From: Candidatus Eiseniibacteriota bacterium
Lineage (GTDB): Bacteria > Eisenbacteria > RBG-16-71-46 > JABDJR01
Assembly (NCBI GenBank): GCA_963783375.1
Contig: CAWANH010000003.1
Span: forward strand, 96,001-160,000
Length of the DNA: 64,000 nt
Reading direction: 5' to 3'
Both the position numbers and the translations under genes were made by a program. Below the pieces are notes generated by a model that was given only the letters and a program-made list of their open reading frames with translations, ran no database searches and was not told the DNA's origin. This document shows, one piece after another, positions 21,485 to 31,943 of this stretch; positions within the stretch are counted from its first letter, which is position 1, and the number at the start of each line of letters is the position of its first letter.

Positions 21485-21591
21485 ACCGTTCCTCCTCCGC
21501 GGACACGACTCAACTGCGTCGCTTCGACGCGATCATAGGTGGACCCCGTCAAGAAACGCCAGAGCAAATTGAATCCGGGGCGACAGACGAA

Positions 21592-21618
21592 GACCCCCGC
21601 GCCAGCGGCGCGGGGGTC
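21592..21618 (-). terminator. Terminator after the two secreted paralogs
   Basis: gacccccgcgcc-agc-ggcgcgggggtc, 12-bp stem about 27 nt past the stop. Confidence 0.65.
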
Positions 21619-21644
21619 CCCGGAATCCGGAGCGGACCGGAAGG

Positions 21645-22343
21645 TCAGTCGTACTTCTGCTTGATCAGGCTCCAGGACGACTTCTCCACCGGCACCGGCT
21701 CGCTCACGTCGAGCTTGGTGTCGGAGGCGGCGAAATAGCCCTGCTGCTGCTGCTGGGTGGGCGGAATGGTCGGGCAGGTGGTGAAGGCCCCGGTGTTGAT
21801 GCCGAGATACCCCACACCGGCGTCGCTCACCCGGCTGAACAGCGTCCCTCCGGTGAACTGGAAGTCCGCGTTCTGGTTCCCCGAGCAGGCCCCCGTCGAT
21901 CTCACGTTGGTGTGGAAGCCGGAGAACGCGCCGGTGAGGATCTGGGTCCCGTCGGTGAAGGTGGACATGTCGGCGTAGTCGGCGTTCGGCGTGCTGTCGC
22001 AGTAGACCGCGAAAAACCCGCCGCTGTAGCTCGTCAGCAGGTACGGTCCATTCGGCGACGTGCCCCCGGAAACGAGGCCGCTCATGATGTAGGTGTACTC
22101 GACCGCCGGGTCATGGGCGTCCAGGTCCGCGAACGGAGTGTCGAACAGGTCCACGAAGCCCACGATGGTCAGGGTGTCGCCCGGGGTGGAGGTCAGATCG
22201 CCCGCCGTCCGGCCGTCCTCCTTGGCGTAGCTGACCCCGAAGTCGATCACCGGGCTGGGGAACGCGGCCAGCGCCGCCGAAGCCGGAACGGCGAGCGCGG
22301 CCACGAGCAGGACGAAAAGGGGGATTCGGTAGCTCGTGTTCAT
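21645..22343 (-). CDS. Secreted beta-rich protein with C-terminal EKSSWSLIKQKY tail
   Basis: Signal peptide MNTSYRIPLFVLLVAALAVPASA; GGAGG RBS; paralog of the upstream gene. Confidence 0.8.
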   Translation of the reverse strand: MNTSYRIPLFVLLVAALAVPASAALAAFPSPVIDFGVSYAKEDGRTAGDLTSTPGDTLTIVGFVDLFDTPFADLDAHDPAVEYTYIMSGLVSGGTSPNGPYLLTSYSGGFFAVYCDSTPNADYADMSTFTDGTQILTGAFSGFHTNVRSTGACSGNQNADFQFTGGTLFSRVSDAGVGYLGINTGAFTTCPTIPPTQQQQQGYFAASDTKLDVSEPVPVEKSSWSLIKQKYD

Positions 22344-22345
22344 GG

Positions 22346-23020
22346 TTATTCCCCTCCTCCATACTGTTGCTTCAGCTTGCCCCAGGAGGATTTCTCGGTG
22401 GGCGTCGGCTCGCTGATGTAGATGCTCCCGTCGATCTGCCAACTGTATCCCATCGGCATTCCGGGCGTATTGTCCCGCAGGCCGGCCAGGGTCCAGCCCG
22501 ATCGCTGGGAAGGAGGGATGTTGGCGAGCTGGGTGCCCCGGGTCAGGTTCACCATTCCGCTCAGGTCGGCCTCGCCGGTCGTGAGATCCCAGAAGATCTC
22601 CATCTGGGAAAGATCCCCGCCGATCACGCACTCGCCGTCCTGGAAGGTCGAGGGGGCGGTGGCGTTGGGCGGGTTGACCCCGTAGTCGGCGGCGGTGCCA
22701 CCGGCGAGGGAGTCGCAGTACACGTTGAACTCGCCGCCGGAGAAGGTGATGGTCTTGAACCCGGGATAGGTCGTGCTGTCCACGTTCGCCACGCACAGGC
22801 TGTCCAGGAAGAACGTGTACTCGTTGGTCCCGTAGTCGAAGTTCAGATAGCTCGAGTTGACCGACGGCACGTAGCCGACCGCGTTGTAGCAGTCGGCCGG
22901 CCACCAGTAGTCGAAGCCGACGTAGCTCAGCAGCGGTATGTCCGCCCAGGCCACGGCGACGACCAGTACGACGAGAGCCGCCACGATGAGGGCGGCCCCG
23001 CGGTATCTCAAGGTCTTCAT
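22346..23020 (-). CDS. Secreted beta-rich protein with C-terminal EKSSWGKLKQQY tail
   Basis: AAGGAGGT RBS; signal peptide ending AWA-D; shares EYT, SGGxFxVYCDS, ADY and STFxDG with the downstream paralog. Confidence 0.8.
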   Translation of the reverse strand: MKTLRYRGAALIVAALVVLVVAVAWADIPLLSYVGFDYWWPADCYNAVGYVPSVNSSYLNFDYGTNEYTFFLDSLCVANVDSTTYPGFKTITFSGGEFNVYCDSLAGGTAADYGVNPPNATAPSTFQDGECVIGGDLSQMEIFWDLTTGEADLSGMVNLTRGTQLANIPPSQRSGWTLAGLRDNTPGMPMGYSWQIDGSIYISEPTPTEKSSWGKLKQQYGGGE

Positions 23021-23177
23021 GCTGACCTCCTTGTTCGCGAGCAGGCAGGGTATCGCGGTAACTGCAGGTGAGGCGGGGGGCGGCGCCCAACCCGCTACGA
23101 TTCGAGCAAAAGTGTCAACCAACCCGACAGCTTGCAGTCTACGGGGGCGTGCCGGCCAAGTCAATCATCGAGTGGAA

Positions 23178-23198
23178 TTGCAAACACTTCATTTGCAA
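23178..23198. promoter_or_regulatory. AT-rich inverted repeat, candidate regulator site
   Basis: TTGCAAA-N7-TTTGCAA about 160 nt upstream of the secreted-paralog pair. Confidence 0.45.
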
Positions 23199-23244
23199 AA
23201 CAACGCGCAACCGCGAGACGGATCGGAAATCGAGGGGAGGCCGG

Positions 23245-24198
23245 TCAGATTGCGGACTCCCCCGCCGGGAAAGCGGCCTCGAGCTCCTTGAGGTCGCCGC
23301 CCGCCAGGCGGAATCCGGACGCCTTCGCGTTTTCCATGACCTGCTCCGGACGCGTGGCTCCGATGATCGCCGAGGAGACCGTCTCCTCCCGAAGCACCCA
23401 GGCCAGGGCGACCTGGGCCGGGGTCTTGCCCCTGCGTTTGGCGATCTTCTCCACCGCCGATACTCTGGCCGCCGCCTCCATCCACTTCCCCATGAACTTG
23501 GCCCCCTCGGTGGTAACGCGGCTTCCCGCGGGCTTCTTTCCCCCACGGTACTTGGCGGTGAGCACTCCCTGGGCCAGGGGGCTGTATACGATGAGCCCGA
23601 TCCCCTCGGTTCGGCACCGCGGCACCAGAGCCGCCTCCACCCTGCGGTCGAGAAGATTGTAGGCGGGCTGGTGGGACACGATCCGTTCCCAACCGTTCCG
23701 CTCGCAGATGCGCATGCACTCCACCGTCTGCTCGGTGGAGAAGTTCGAGACCCCGATGTAGCGCGTCTTGCCCTGACGGACGAGGTCATTGAAGGTGGAA
23801 AGGGTCTCTTCGAGGGGCGTCTCGCCGTCGGGGGCGTGCGCCTGGTAGAGATCCACGTAGTCCATCCCCAGCCGCCGGAGGCTCGCATCCATGGCGTCCA
23901 TCACGTGCTTGCGGGAAAGCCCGGCCCCGAGCGGCCCCTCCCAGACCCGTCCCATGACCTTGGTGGCCACCACCAGCTCGTGCCGGGGGAGTTCGGAGAG
24001 CGCCTTTCCCAGGGCGATCTCGGCATCGCCGCGGCTGTAGACGTCGGCGGTGTCGAAGAAGTTGATCCCGAGATCCCAGGCCTTCCACACCACTTTCCTC
24101 GAGGCGTCGGTGTCCACCGTGCCCCCGAGGGTCAACCACGACCCGAGGGAGACCTCGCTCACCTTCATTCCCGACCGTCCCAGGCGCCGATATTTCAT
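23245..24198 (-). CDS. Aldo/keto reductase (Kv-beta/Tas-like)
   Basis: MKYRRLGRSGMKVSEVSLGSW, FFDTADVY, VATK, DYVDLYQAH, YSPLAQGVL. Confidence 0.9.
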   Translation of the reverse strand: MKYRRLGRSGMKVSEVSLGSWLTLGGTVDTDASRKVVWKAWDLGINFFDTADVYSRGDAEIALGKALSELPRHELVVATKVMGRVWEGPLGAGLSRKHVMDAMDASLRRLGMDYVDLYQAHAPDGETPLEETLSTFNDLVRQGKTRYIGVSNFSTEQTVECMRICERNGWERIVSHQPAYNLLDRRVEAALVPRCRTEGIGLIVYSPLAQGVLTAKYRGGKKPAGSRVTTEGAKFMGKWMEAAARVSAVEKIAKRRGKTPAQVALAWVLREETVSSAIIGATRPEQVMENAKASGFRLAGGDLKELEAAFPAGESAI

Positions 24199-24351
24199 GA
24201 CCGGTTCTCCTCGTGGGGGCGTTTTCGACCGCAAATCAGAAAGGCAACCGGAGGAGTCTAAGGGGCGGGCGGGAGCCCTCACAACCCGGGTCGGGCGGAA
24301 TCCCGCGTCCTCCGTCGCTCCGGCTCCGTGCCGCCTCCCGAAGGATCCGGA

Positions 24352-25606
24352 TCAGCGGGCCACGAGCCGGATCACCTCGTAGATACCCGCCGCGAAGAGC
24401 GCGGTGAAGGGCACGGTGAAGATCCAGGACGAGACGATGTCGCGAAGCATGCGCAGGTTCAGGGCGGCCATGCCTCGGGCCATCCCCACCCCCACCACCG
24501 AGCCGACCAGGACGTGGGTGGTGGAGATCGGCATGCCCAGCCGCGAGCCGATGATGATGGTGCAGGCCGCGGCCAGCTCCGCGCTGAACCCACGGGTCGG
24601 GGTGAGCTCGGTGATCCGGGAGCCGATGGTGTAGATGACCTTGTACCCCCAGGTGGCCAGCCCCACCACGATCCCTCCGCCGCCGAGCATGAGCACCCAG
24701 AAGGGGACGGGGGCCTTGGCCGCCACCGAACCCTCCCGGAGCGCGTTGATGATGCCGGCCAGGGGGCCCACCGCGTTGGCCACGTCGTTGGATCCGTGGG
24801 CGAAGGCCACCGAGGCCGCGGTCATGATCTGCAGGTAGCGGAAGATCCGCTCCACGAAGAGATACTGGTCGCCCAGCTCGTGGGCTTCCTTGCCCGCCAG
24901 GTAGCGGCGGATGGGAAAGGAAGCCGACAGGGCGAAAACCAGCCCGATCCCGGCGGACAGGGAGATCGCCCCGGTCATGGACAGGTCCAGGTTCAGGTTC
25001 TTGAGACCCTTGTAGAGCACCGAGAGCGCGACAACGAACACGGTGAAGAACACGAAGAAGGGGGCGAGCCGGCGCGCCCGGCGAACCGGACTGTGGGAGT
25101 CGATGATGACCCGGCCGACCAGGAGGAAGAGGAGGTAGCCCAGGAGGCCTCCCAGGATCGGCGATGTGAACCAGGAGATGACGATCTGGACCAGTCTTCC
25201 CCCAGTTCACGACTCCCCATCCGCCGGCCACCACGCCGAACCCCGCCACCGCGCCGACGATGGCATGGGTGGTGGAGACGGGGAGCCCGAGCTTGGTGGA
25301 GATGTGGAGCCAGATCCCCGCGGCGAGGAGGGCGGCCAGCATGCCGTAGACGTAGGCATCTCCGCTGCCGCTGAAGGCGGCGGGGGACACGATCCCCTTC
25401 CGCACCGTCTCGGTGACGTGCGCCCCCACCAGGACCGCCCCGGCCAGCTCGAAGATCCCGGCGACCAGGACCGCCTGCTTCAGGGTGAGCGCCTTGGAGC
25501 CCACGGAGGTTCCCATGGCGTTGGCGACATCGTTTGCCCCGATGTTCCAGGCCATGTAGAAGCCGGCCGTGCCCGCGACCACCGCGACGATCAATTCGAA
25601 CGACAA
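24352..25606 (-). CDS. Inorganic phosphate transporter (PiT family), frameshifted at ~25195
   Basis: GANDVANAMGTS, PVSTTH, AHGSNDVANA, PISTTH. Removing one A (AAG-A-CTG) restores KLVQIVISWFTSP. Confidence 0.88.
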
Positions 25607-25627
25607 ACCAACAGCCCCCCGGCCGGG

Positions 25628-26302
25628 TTACTTGTGCAACATCAGGTGCAGGCGTTTGCCGACGTTCTCGGCGCTGTTGGCCAGATCGCCGAGCTTGTTT
25701 CCGAGCTTGAGCCACATCCAGAGCTCGCCCGCGGTGAGCGCCTTCTCGATGGCGAATACACGGTGGGCGAACTCCCATTGCACCAGGTCGCATTCGTGCT
25801 CGAGCACCCCCAGGTTCTCGATCAGCCCGATCACCTTCTCCGCCTGGGGTCCTGCGAAGGATGCTTCCACCAGCTCGTCGAGCTCGTCCAGGAGCCGGTT
25901 GGCTTCGTCGGGGACGATGGTGGCCTTTTCCACCAGCTTCTGGAGCAGATCGCGGAGGCTGTCCGGAACTTCCAGAGGACGCATGCGAAGGAGGATCCCC
26001 AGGTCCTCGGCCTGGTCGGCGATGGCGTCCTGCACCGCGAGGAGCGCCAGGAGGTCCCTGCGGTCCACCGGCAGGAAGATGCTCTTGGGGAGGTTGGAGC
26101 GAATCTCGTTCTTGATCTCGTCGGCCTCGTGCTCGAGGGTGGAAAGCAGCTTCGAGATCTCCTCGATGCGAACGGTATCGCCGGCCAGGAGCGCGTCGAA
26201 GAGCGGCCTCACCTGGGAGGCGCACTCGTGGACCTTCCGCATGTGGCTCTGCACGGGGCCGAACGGGGACTTGCCGAAGAGCTGAAGGATGGATCTGACC
26301 AT
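25628..26302 (-). CDS. DUF47 (PhoU-like) phosphate transport regulator
   Basis: LFGKSPF, LEHEADEIK, FLPVDRRD, QDAIAD; immediately upstream of the pit gene. Confidence 0.88.
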   Translation of the reverse strand: MVRSILQLFGKSPFGPVQSHMRKVHECASQVRPLFDALLAGDTVRIEEISKLLSTLEHEADEIKNEIRSNLPKSIFLPVDRRDLLALLAVQDAIADQAEDLGILLRMRPLEVPDSLRDLLQKLVEKATIVPDEANRLLDELDELVEASFAGPQAEKVIGLIENLGVLEHECDLVQWEFAHRVFAIEKALTAGELWMWLKLGNKLGDLANSAENVGKRLHLMLHK

Positions 26303-26486
26303 GGCCTGTCCTTCCGGATGCCGGGGAGATGGAGCGAGGCCGCGCCCGATACGCGACCGTGAGAGGGAATCTCAACGGGGAACGGCCTCCCAGTCAAGCG
26401 GGAAAGGTGGCGGTCGGCTCTCGGCGGTCCGCACCGTCCCCCGAGGCTCCGATCCGCCCCTCTCCAGCCCTCACCGGGCTCGAGAC

Positions 26487-27920
26487 TCAGCTCCCGGGGA
26501 CGGTCGGGTTCACGACCAGGAGCCGGAGCTCGGTCAGGTGCTCGAGGGCGAACCGCGCCCCCTCCCGGCCCAGACCGCTATCCTTGACCCCCCCGTAGGG
26601 CATGTGGTCCACCCGGAAGGTCGGGTAGTCGTTGACCACGACCCCGCCCACCTCCAGGGCGTCCCAGGCCCGCATGGCCTTGGCCAGGTCGGCGGTGAAC
26701 ACCCCGGCTTGAAGGCCGAAGGCGCTGTCGTTGGCGATGCGGAGCGCCTCGTCGAAGTCGGCGTACCGCTCCAGCAGGGCCACCGGACCGAACGCCTCCT
26801 GGCACGAGATCTCGGCCGCGTGGTTCACGTTCTCCAGCACCAGGGGGGCCAGCACCGAGCCCTCGCGACCGCCCCCGGCCAGGGTCCTGGCCCCCGAGCC
26901 TTCCGCGCGCTTCACCCAGTCCTGGATGCGGTCGGCGTCCCCCGCGCTGATGAGAGGACCGGCCACGGTCTCCCGGCGGGCGGGATCCCCGACGTGCACC
27001 GTCTCCTTGACCGCGGTGAGAAACATCTCGCGGAACCGGTCGTAGATCTCCCGGTGGACCAGCACCCGCTGGACGCTGATGCACGACTGCCCCGCGTAGG
27101 CGTAGGCCCCACCGGCCAGCCGCCGGGCCGCAGCCTCGAGATCCGCGTCGGGCTCCACGATCGCCGCGGCGTTCCCGCCCAGCTCCAGGGCCACCCGCTT
27201 CCTCCCCGCCCGGGCCTTGAGCATCCACCCGACTTCCGGGCTCCCGGTGAAGGTGAGGGCCTTCAGGCGATCGTCCTCCACCAGGGGGGCGGCGGTGCGG
27301 GAATCGGCGGGGAGCACCGCCAGGGCCCCCGGAGGGAGCCCCGCGTCCCGGAACGCCTCGGCCAGGAGGAGCGCCGAGAACGGGGTCTGGGACGCGGGCT
27401 TCAGCACCACCGGGCATCCCGCCGCCACCGCGGGGGCGATCTTGTGGGTCACGAGGTTCAGCGGAAAGTTGAAGGGGCTGATCGCGCTCACCGGGCCGAC
27501 GGGAACGCGCTTCAGGAGACCGGTCCGCCCCTCTCCCGGTTCGAAGGCATCCATGGTGAGGATCTCGCCTTCCATCCGCCGCGCGGTCTCCGCGGCGTCG
27601 GTCAGGGTGTCAAGGCAGCGCGCCACCTCGCCCTCCGCGTAGCGGATCGGTTTCCCCGCCTCGCCCACCATGGTCCGCGCGAAGAGATCCCGGCGTTCCC
27701 GAACCCGATCGCGCGTCCCGAGCAGGATCTCCGCCCGCTTGTAGGCCGGCATGCTCCGCATGGTGGGCGCGACCCGGACCGAGGCCGCGATCGCCGCCTC
27801 GACGTCCTCGGAGTCGGCCCTGCCGCACATGCCCACCGTCTGCCCGTCATAGGGGCTCTTCACCGCCTCCGATTGCTTGGTCGGAACGAACTCGCCGTTC
27901 AGAAAGATGCCGTAGTCCAT
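26487..27920 (-). CDS. Aldehyde dehydrogenase family protein
   Basis: ISPFNFPLNL, FTGS, LELGGNA, GQSCIS, EAFGP, PYGGVKDSGLGREG. Confidence 0.92.
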   Translation of the reverse strand: MDYGIFLNGEFVPTKQSEAVKSPYDGQTVGMCGRADSEDVEAAIAASVRVAPTMRSMPAYKRAEILLGTRDRVRERRDLFARTMVGEAGKPIRYAEGEVARCLDTLTDAAETARRMEGEILTMDAFEPGEGRTGLLKRVPVGPVSAISPFNFPLNLVTHKIAPAVAAGCPVVLKPASQTPFSALLLAEAFRDAGLPPGALAVLPADSRTAAPLVEDDRLKALTFTGSPEVGWMLKARAGRKRVALELGGNAAAIVEPDADLEAAARRLAGGAYAYAGQSCISVQRVLVHREIYDRFREMFLTAVKETVHVGDPARRETVAGPLISAGDADRIQDWVKRAEGSGARTLAGGGREGSVLAPLVLENVNHAAEISCQEAFGPVALLERYADFDEALRIANDSAFGLQAGVFTADLAKAMRAWDALEVGGVVVNDYPTFRVDHMPYGGVKDSGLGREGARFALEHLTELRLLVVNPTVPGS

Positions 27921-28110
27921 GTTGATCTCCTCCTCGAATTCTCATTGTAGACCACGGAGCGGACCGCGTTCAGGGGGAGGCCGGGAATGCCGTCTCGGCT
28001 TGGCATCCGTCCGCGTCGGGGGTAGCCTCGGCCCACCCGGGTCCACCCGGCCCGATTCGAGGAGGCGGATTCCCCCGCGCCCGTTCACACCCGAGCGATG
28101 GAGGCAAAGC

Positions 28111-29298
28111 ATGATTCGACGCGGGCTGATCACCGGATTGCTCTTCCTCGCCGCCGCCGCTCCGCCCACGCCCGCCCGGGCGGCGTCGTCGGGGGGGGCC
28201 ACCTCCCTCCAGATCCCCCCCGACCCGCGGAGCGAGGCCATGGGGCGGGCCCCGGCCGCGATCACCCGCGGCCCCTACGCCGCCTGGGGCAATCCGGGGG
28301 GCCTGGGCCTCTCCCGGGGGGTCCAGGTCGTCGACATGAGCAGCCAGCTCGTCCCGAGCCTCGCCGAAGACGTCTGGTTCAAGCACAGCTCGCTCATGGC
28401 CGGGTGGTCGCCTCCCGGGTTCGCAATCCCGTTCGGCGGCGCCCGGTTGCCGCTCAACCTGACCGCGGGCTACAACTACTCCCGCCTCGACTACGGAGCC
28501 CAGCCCCCGTTCGTGACCCCAACCGGATCCGGCTCCCCCCATGAGGTGGTCCACGGGGGCGCGCTGGCGGTGGGTCTGGGCGACTACCTGGGGATCGGGG
28601 TGACCGGGCAGCGAGTGAAGCTGGATCTATACCCCCTGGTCCCGTCCGGGACCGAACGGGTGACCGCCACCGCGTGGAACTACGGCGCGCTGGTCCGGGC
28701 GCCCATGTACGTCTCCGTGGCTCCGGAGAGTGGGTTCACGCTCTCGTTCGATCGGAGCCGGGCCTACACCTTCCGGGTAACCCCCACCGCCGGGGTCTCC
28801 TGGACCGGCCGGGGCAAGCCCATCGTGTTCGACCACGGCGGGGCCGATCCCCTCCCCGCGACGCGGCGGGAAGCGGTGGGGCTCGATCTCGGCATCCTCC
28901 CGGTGGGAGCCGTCCTCCCCTACCCCGATGCGACGAGCACCCGGTTCTTCCGGGGGGCGCATGTCCTGTCGGTTTCCGCCGCCCTCGGCCGGGACAAGGA
29001 TCTGAACCCGCCCTATCCGGTGGTGCAGCCGACCGGGCCCGAGCTGAGCCCCAACGCCCGGAACGGGATCAGCAACTACCGGGGGGTGGAGGTGAAGGTG
29101 CTCGACGTCTTCGCCTACCGCTGGGGGTGGATCAACGACGAGGCGGCGAAGATCACCGGCAACAGCCACGGGTGGGGCGTCTCGCTGTTCGAGTACCTGG
29201 GAGTGGACTACGCCGTCATCCCCCAGGCCCAGGGCCTCGATCGCGTGACGAAGGTGTCGGCCTGGGTGCGCATCCCCCTCGACGGGGACGCGGAGTAG
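28111..29298 (+). CDS. PorV/PorQ-like outer-membrane beta-barrel
   Basis: GGAGG RBS; signal peptide; SLQIPPDPRSEAMGRA...AAWGNPGGL matches the PorV/FadL-type N-terminus; amphipathic strands; VDYA near the C-terminus. Confidence 0.6.
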   Translation: MIRRGLITGLLFLAAAAPPTPARAASSGGATSLQIPPDPRSEAMGRAPAAITRGPYAAWGNPGGLGLSRGVQVVDMSSQLVPSLAEDVWFKHSSLMAGWSPPGFAIPFGGARLPLNLTAGYNYSRLDYGAQPPFVTPTGSGSPHEVVHGGALAVGLGDYLGIGVTGQRVKLDLYPLVPSGTERVTATAWNYGALVRAPMYVSVAPESGFTLSFDRSRAYTFRVTPTAGVSWTGRGKPIVFDHGGADPLPATRREAVGLDLGILPVGAVLPYPDATSTRFFRGAHVLSVSAALGRDKDLNPPYPVVQPTGPELSPNARNGISNYRGVEVKVLDVFAYRWGWINDEAAKITGNSHGWGVSLFEYLGVDYAVIPQAQGLDRVTKVSAWVRIPLDGDAE

Positions 29299-29371
29299 GC
29301 GGCTGCTCCGGCCGGATCCCCCGATCCGGCCGCGGTGATCGCGGGCCGGGGCCCCGGCGCCCCGCGCGCCC

Positions 29372-31943
29372 TCAGCGGAGAAGCAGGATCTTGGTCGACG
29401 CGCTCCCGGAAGGCGTCTTGACCCGAACGAAGTAAGCCCCCGCCGCGGCCCGCCGCCCGTCCGCGCGCCGTCCGTCCCACGCCACCGTGCGACTCCCGGC
29501 CTCCGCGTAGCCCTCGGAGAGCACGCGCACCCGCCGCCCGGCCACGTCGAAAACGCTCACGTCGAGCGGGGACGCCCGGGGCAGAACGAAGCGGATCTCG
29601 GTCCGGTCGCACACGGGGTTGGGGACAACGGGAAGGACGCGAAGATCCCCGAGCCCCGGCGACGACGGATCCTGAACCGCCAGCGCGGGCGCCGGGGGGT
29701 AGGCGAGGAGGGTGATGTCGTCCAGGTACCACCCGTCCATCTGCACCCCGACGTCGGAGGTGAGCCGGAAGCGGAGCCGGAGATCGGGGAGGCCGGCGTA
29801 GGCGGAGAGGTCGATCTCTTCCGGGGCCCAGAAGCGCTGGTCGCCGTCATAGCCGGGGACCCCCGAGGTCTGGGTCCCCCCGTCGTAGCCCAGGGTGGTG
29901 CCGTGGCCGGGGCGGGTGAGATCGCCGGCCACCGCGGTCCAGGTGGCTCCGGAGTCCGCGCTCACCTCCACCCGCCCGAAGTCGTACCCGCCTTCGACGT
30001 CCCACCGGGTGCGGAAGGCCAGGATCGCGTGGGCCGCCCCGCTCAGGTCCAGGGGTTGATCGAGGGTCAACCGCGCGTTGTCATGGGCCGGGTAATCTCC
30101 ACCCGGCGAATCCGAAAAAGCGCTGTCCCCGCCCACCGCCTCCAGGCCCCAACCGCCGGCGACCGTCCAGGCGGAAAGCCCCGCGTCGCCGCTGTCCGCG
30201 AACACCACGGTGGGGTCCCCCAGCCGGATCCACATCGTATCCCGGCCCGCATACCCCGCGCCGTCGCCCAGTTCCAGGAAGGAGCGGCGCCCGGATCCCC
30301 GGCTCCGCCCCCGCCGAAGCGGTGACGGTGATCGGAGTGCCGGAAAGGGGCCAGGCCGTCTCCCCGGGGAGCAGATCCGGATAGGTGGTGGAGGCCGTCC
30401 CCACGCTCACCGACGGATCCCCCGAGGCCACGGTGAGCGCCACCCCGCCCGAGGTCCCCGCCCCCACCCCGAGGTTCCGGAGGCGGATCGAGATCTCCGC
30501 GGTCTCGCCGGGACGAAGCCGTCCCGGTCCGTTCTCGACCCGCACGCTGTCCGCGACCAGGTAGGCGCCGGCCGCGTAGGCCAGGATCACGTTGGAGCGG
30601 AGATTCAGCCGGGCCAGGGGCACGATCCGGGACTGCGGGGGCCAGAACCCGTCGTTCTGGTCTCCCACCTCGGTGGTGAACGCGAAGACCCTGGGCTTCC
30701 CGGTCACGTCCCCGTACATCCAGTCGTCGGCATCGCCGTTCACCGGATAGAGGATCTGGCCGGAGCGGCCGTAGGCATGGTGTGGAACCTCGGCCAGCGC
30801 GTCCCCGAGCCGCACGATGGCCGCGGAGTCGGGGGGGCCCGAGTCGAGGTACCCCCACGGATAGAGGCAGTCCTCGGCGTAGGTGTGGTAGTTCTGCGCG
30901 GTGACGAAAGCGTGGCGCTCGCAGAAATCGCGGAGGGCCCGGGTCTCGGGTTCCGTGAAAGGGGCGGGCCCCCGGTAGGTCTGGCTGGAGGGGCTCCCCG
31001 AGGAGCCCGCGTTGTCGTAGCCCCACTGGAAGCCGAAGTTCCGGTTCAGGTCCACGCCGTCCTGATTGGTGATCGTCGAGTCCCCGTTGTTGTCGCGGAG
31101 GTTCTTCCGCCAGAACCCGAAGACGCCCCCCGATCTCCACGTGTTCTCGTTCCGGACGTAGCCGTCCGGGTTCACCACCGGGACGAACCACATCTCGCGC
31201 TCGTCCACCAGGTAGGTGAGCTCCGGATCGGACCCGTAGTCCTCGAGCAGCCGGAGGAGGAAATGGAGAACGACCTCCATCCCCTCGGGCTCGCGGGCGT
31301 GGGTGAGACCGGTGAAGAGGACCTCGGGGCGCGTCCCCAGCGGACGATACGGCGAGGCCACGGCGAGGGCCAAGATCGGCCGCCCCTGAAGGCTCGTCCC
31401 CAGGGTGTCGAGCCCGGCCACCAGGCTATCGGAGGCGGCCAGGGAGTCGATCAGCGCGTACACCTCGTCCAGGGTCCGGAACCCGGCCAGGGATCCCTCA
31501 CCCGGGGGGGGAACTCCCCCGGCGAGACCGGTGCCGGCGGGTGCGGGTCCGGGAGCGTAGGCGACGGGGGCGCGACCGGTCCGGATCGCGACTTCCGCGC
31601 CGTAGTCCGGGCTGACCTCGGTGTAGCAAAGGCCGAGGGCATCCATGAGGTCCCGGGTCCCCGGCCACCCCAGCACGGTGGCCCGGTAGCCCGGGCGAAC
31701 GCTCATGACGTCGAGGTCGGCATCCAGAAGCCTCGTCCAGGCCCCGGCCGGGGTCAGGTCGATCCGGTAGAGCGGGAGGCGCCCGGACGCGACCGGGGAC
31801 GAAGACGGAGCGGGAGGACCGGGGCTCGGGGCGGCGGGGGCGCCGGCCGAGAGGGCCGCGATCGCCAGCGCCGCGGTGACCGTCCCACCGAGGCCCCGTC
31901 GAAATGGGCCTTCACCGCTACAGAAAGATGGGAATACCTTCAT
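29372..31943 (-). CDS. Secreted M14 zinc carboxypeptidase (carboxypeptidase T-like) with accessory beta domains and FlgD-Ig/T9SS-like CTD; frameshifted at ~30281
   Basis: THAREP, VVNPDG, WRKN, GVDLNRN, NYHTY, TTEVG. Removing one C joins to FLELGDG...GYDFGRVEVS...DGWYLDDI...PNP...VFDVAGRRVR...WDG...GAYFVR. Start codon uncertain. Confidence 0.85.

Noticed and set aside
21741-21755. CAG x5 (poly-Gln) in a secreted paralog
   Set aside because: Short and in-frame; not meaningful on its own.
24236-24270. c-di-GMP-I riboswitch-like words (AAAGGCAA...GTCTAA)
   Set aside because: The central GAAA tetraloop and GCAAAG elements are missing, and it is antisense to the flanking genes.
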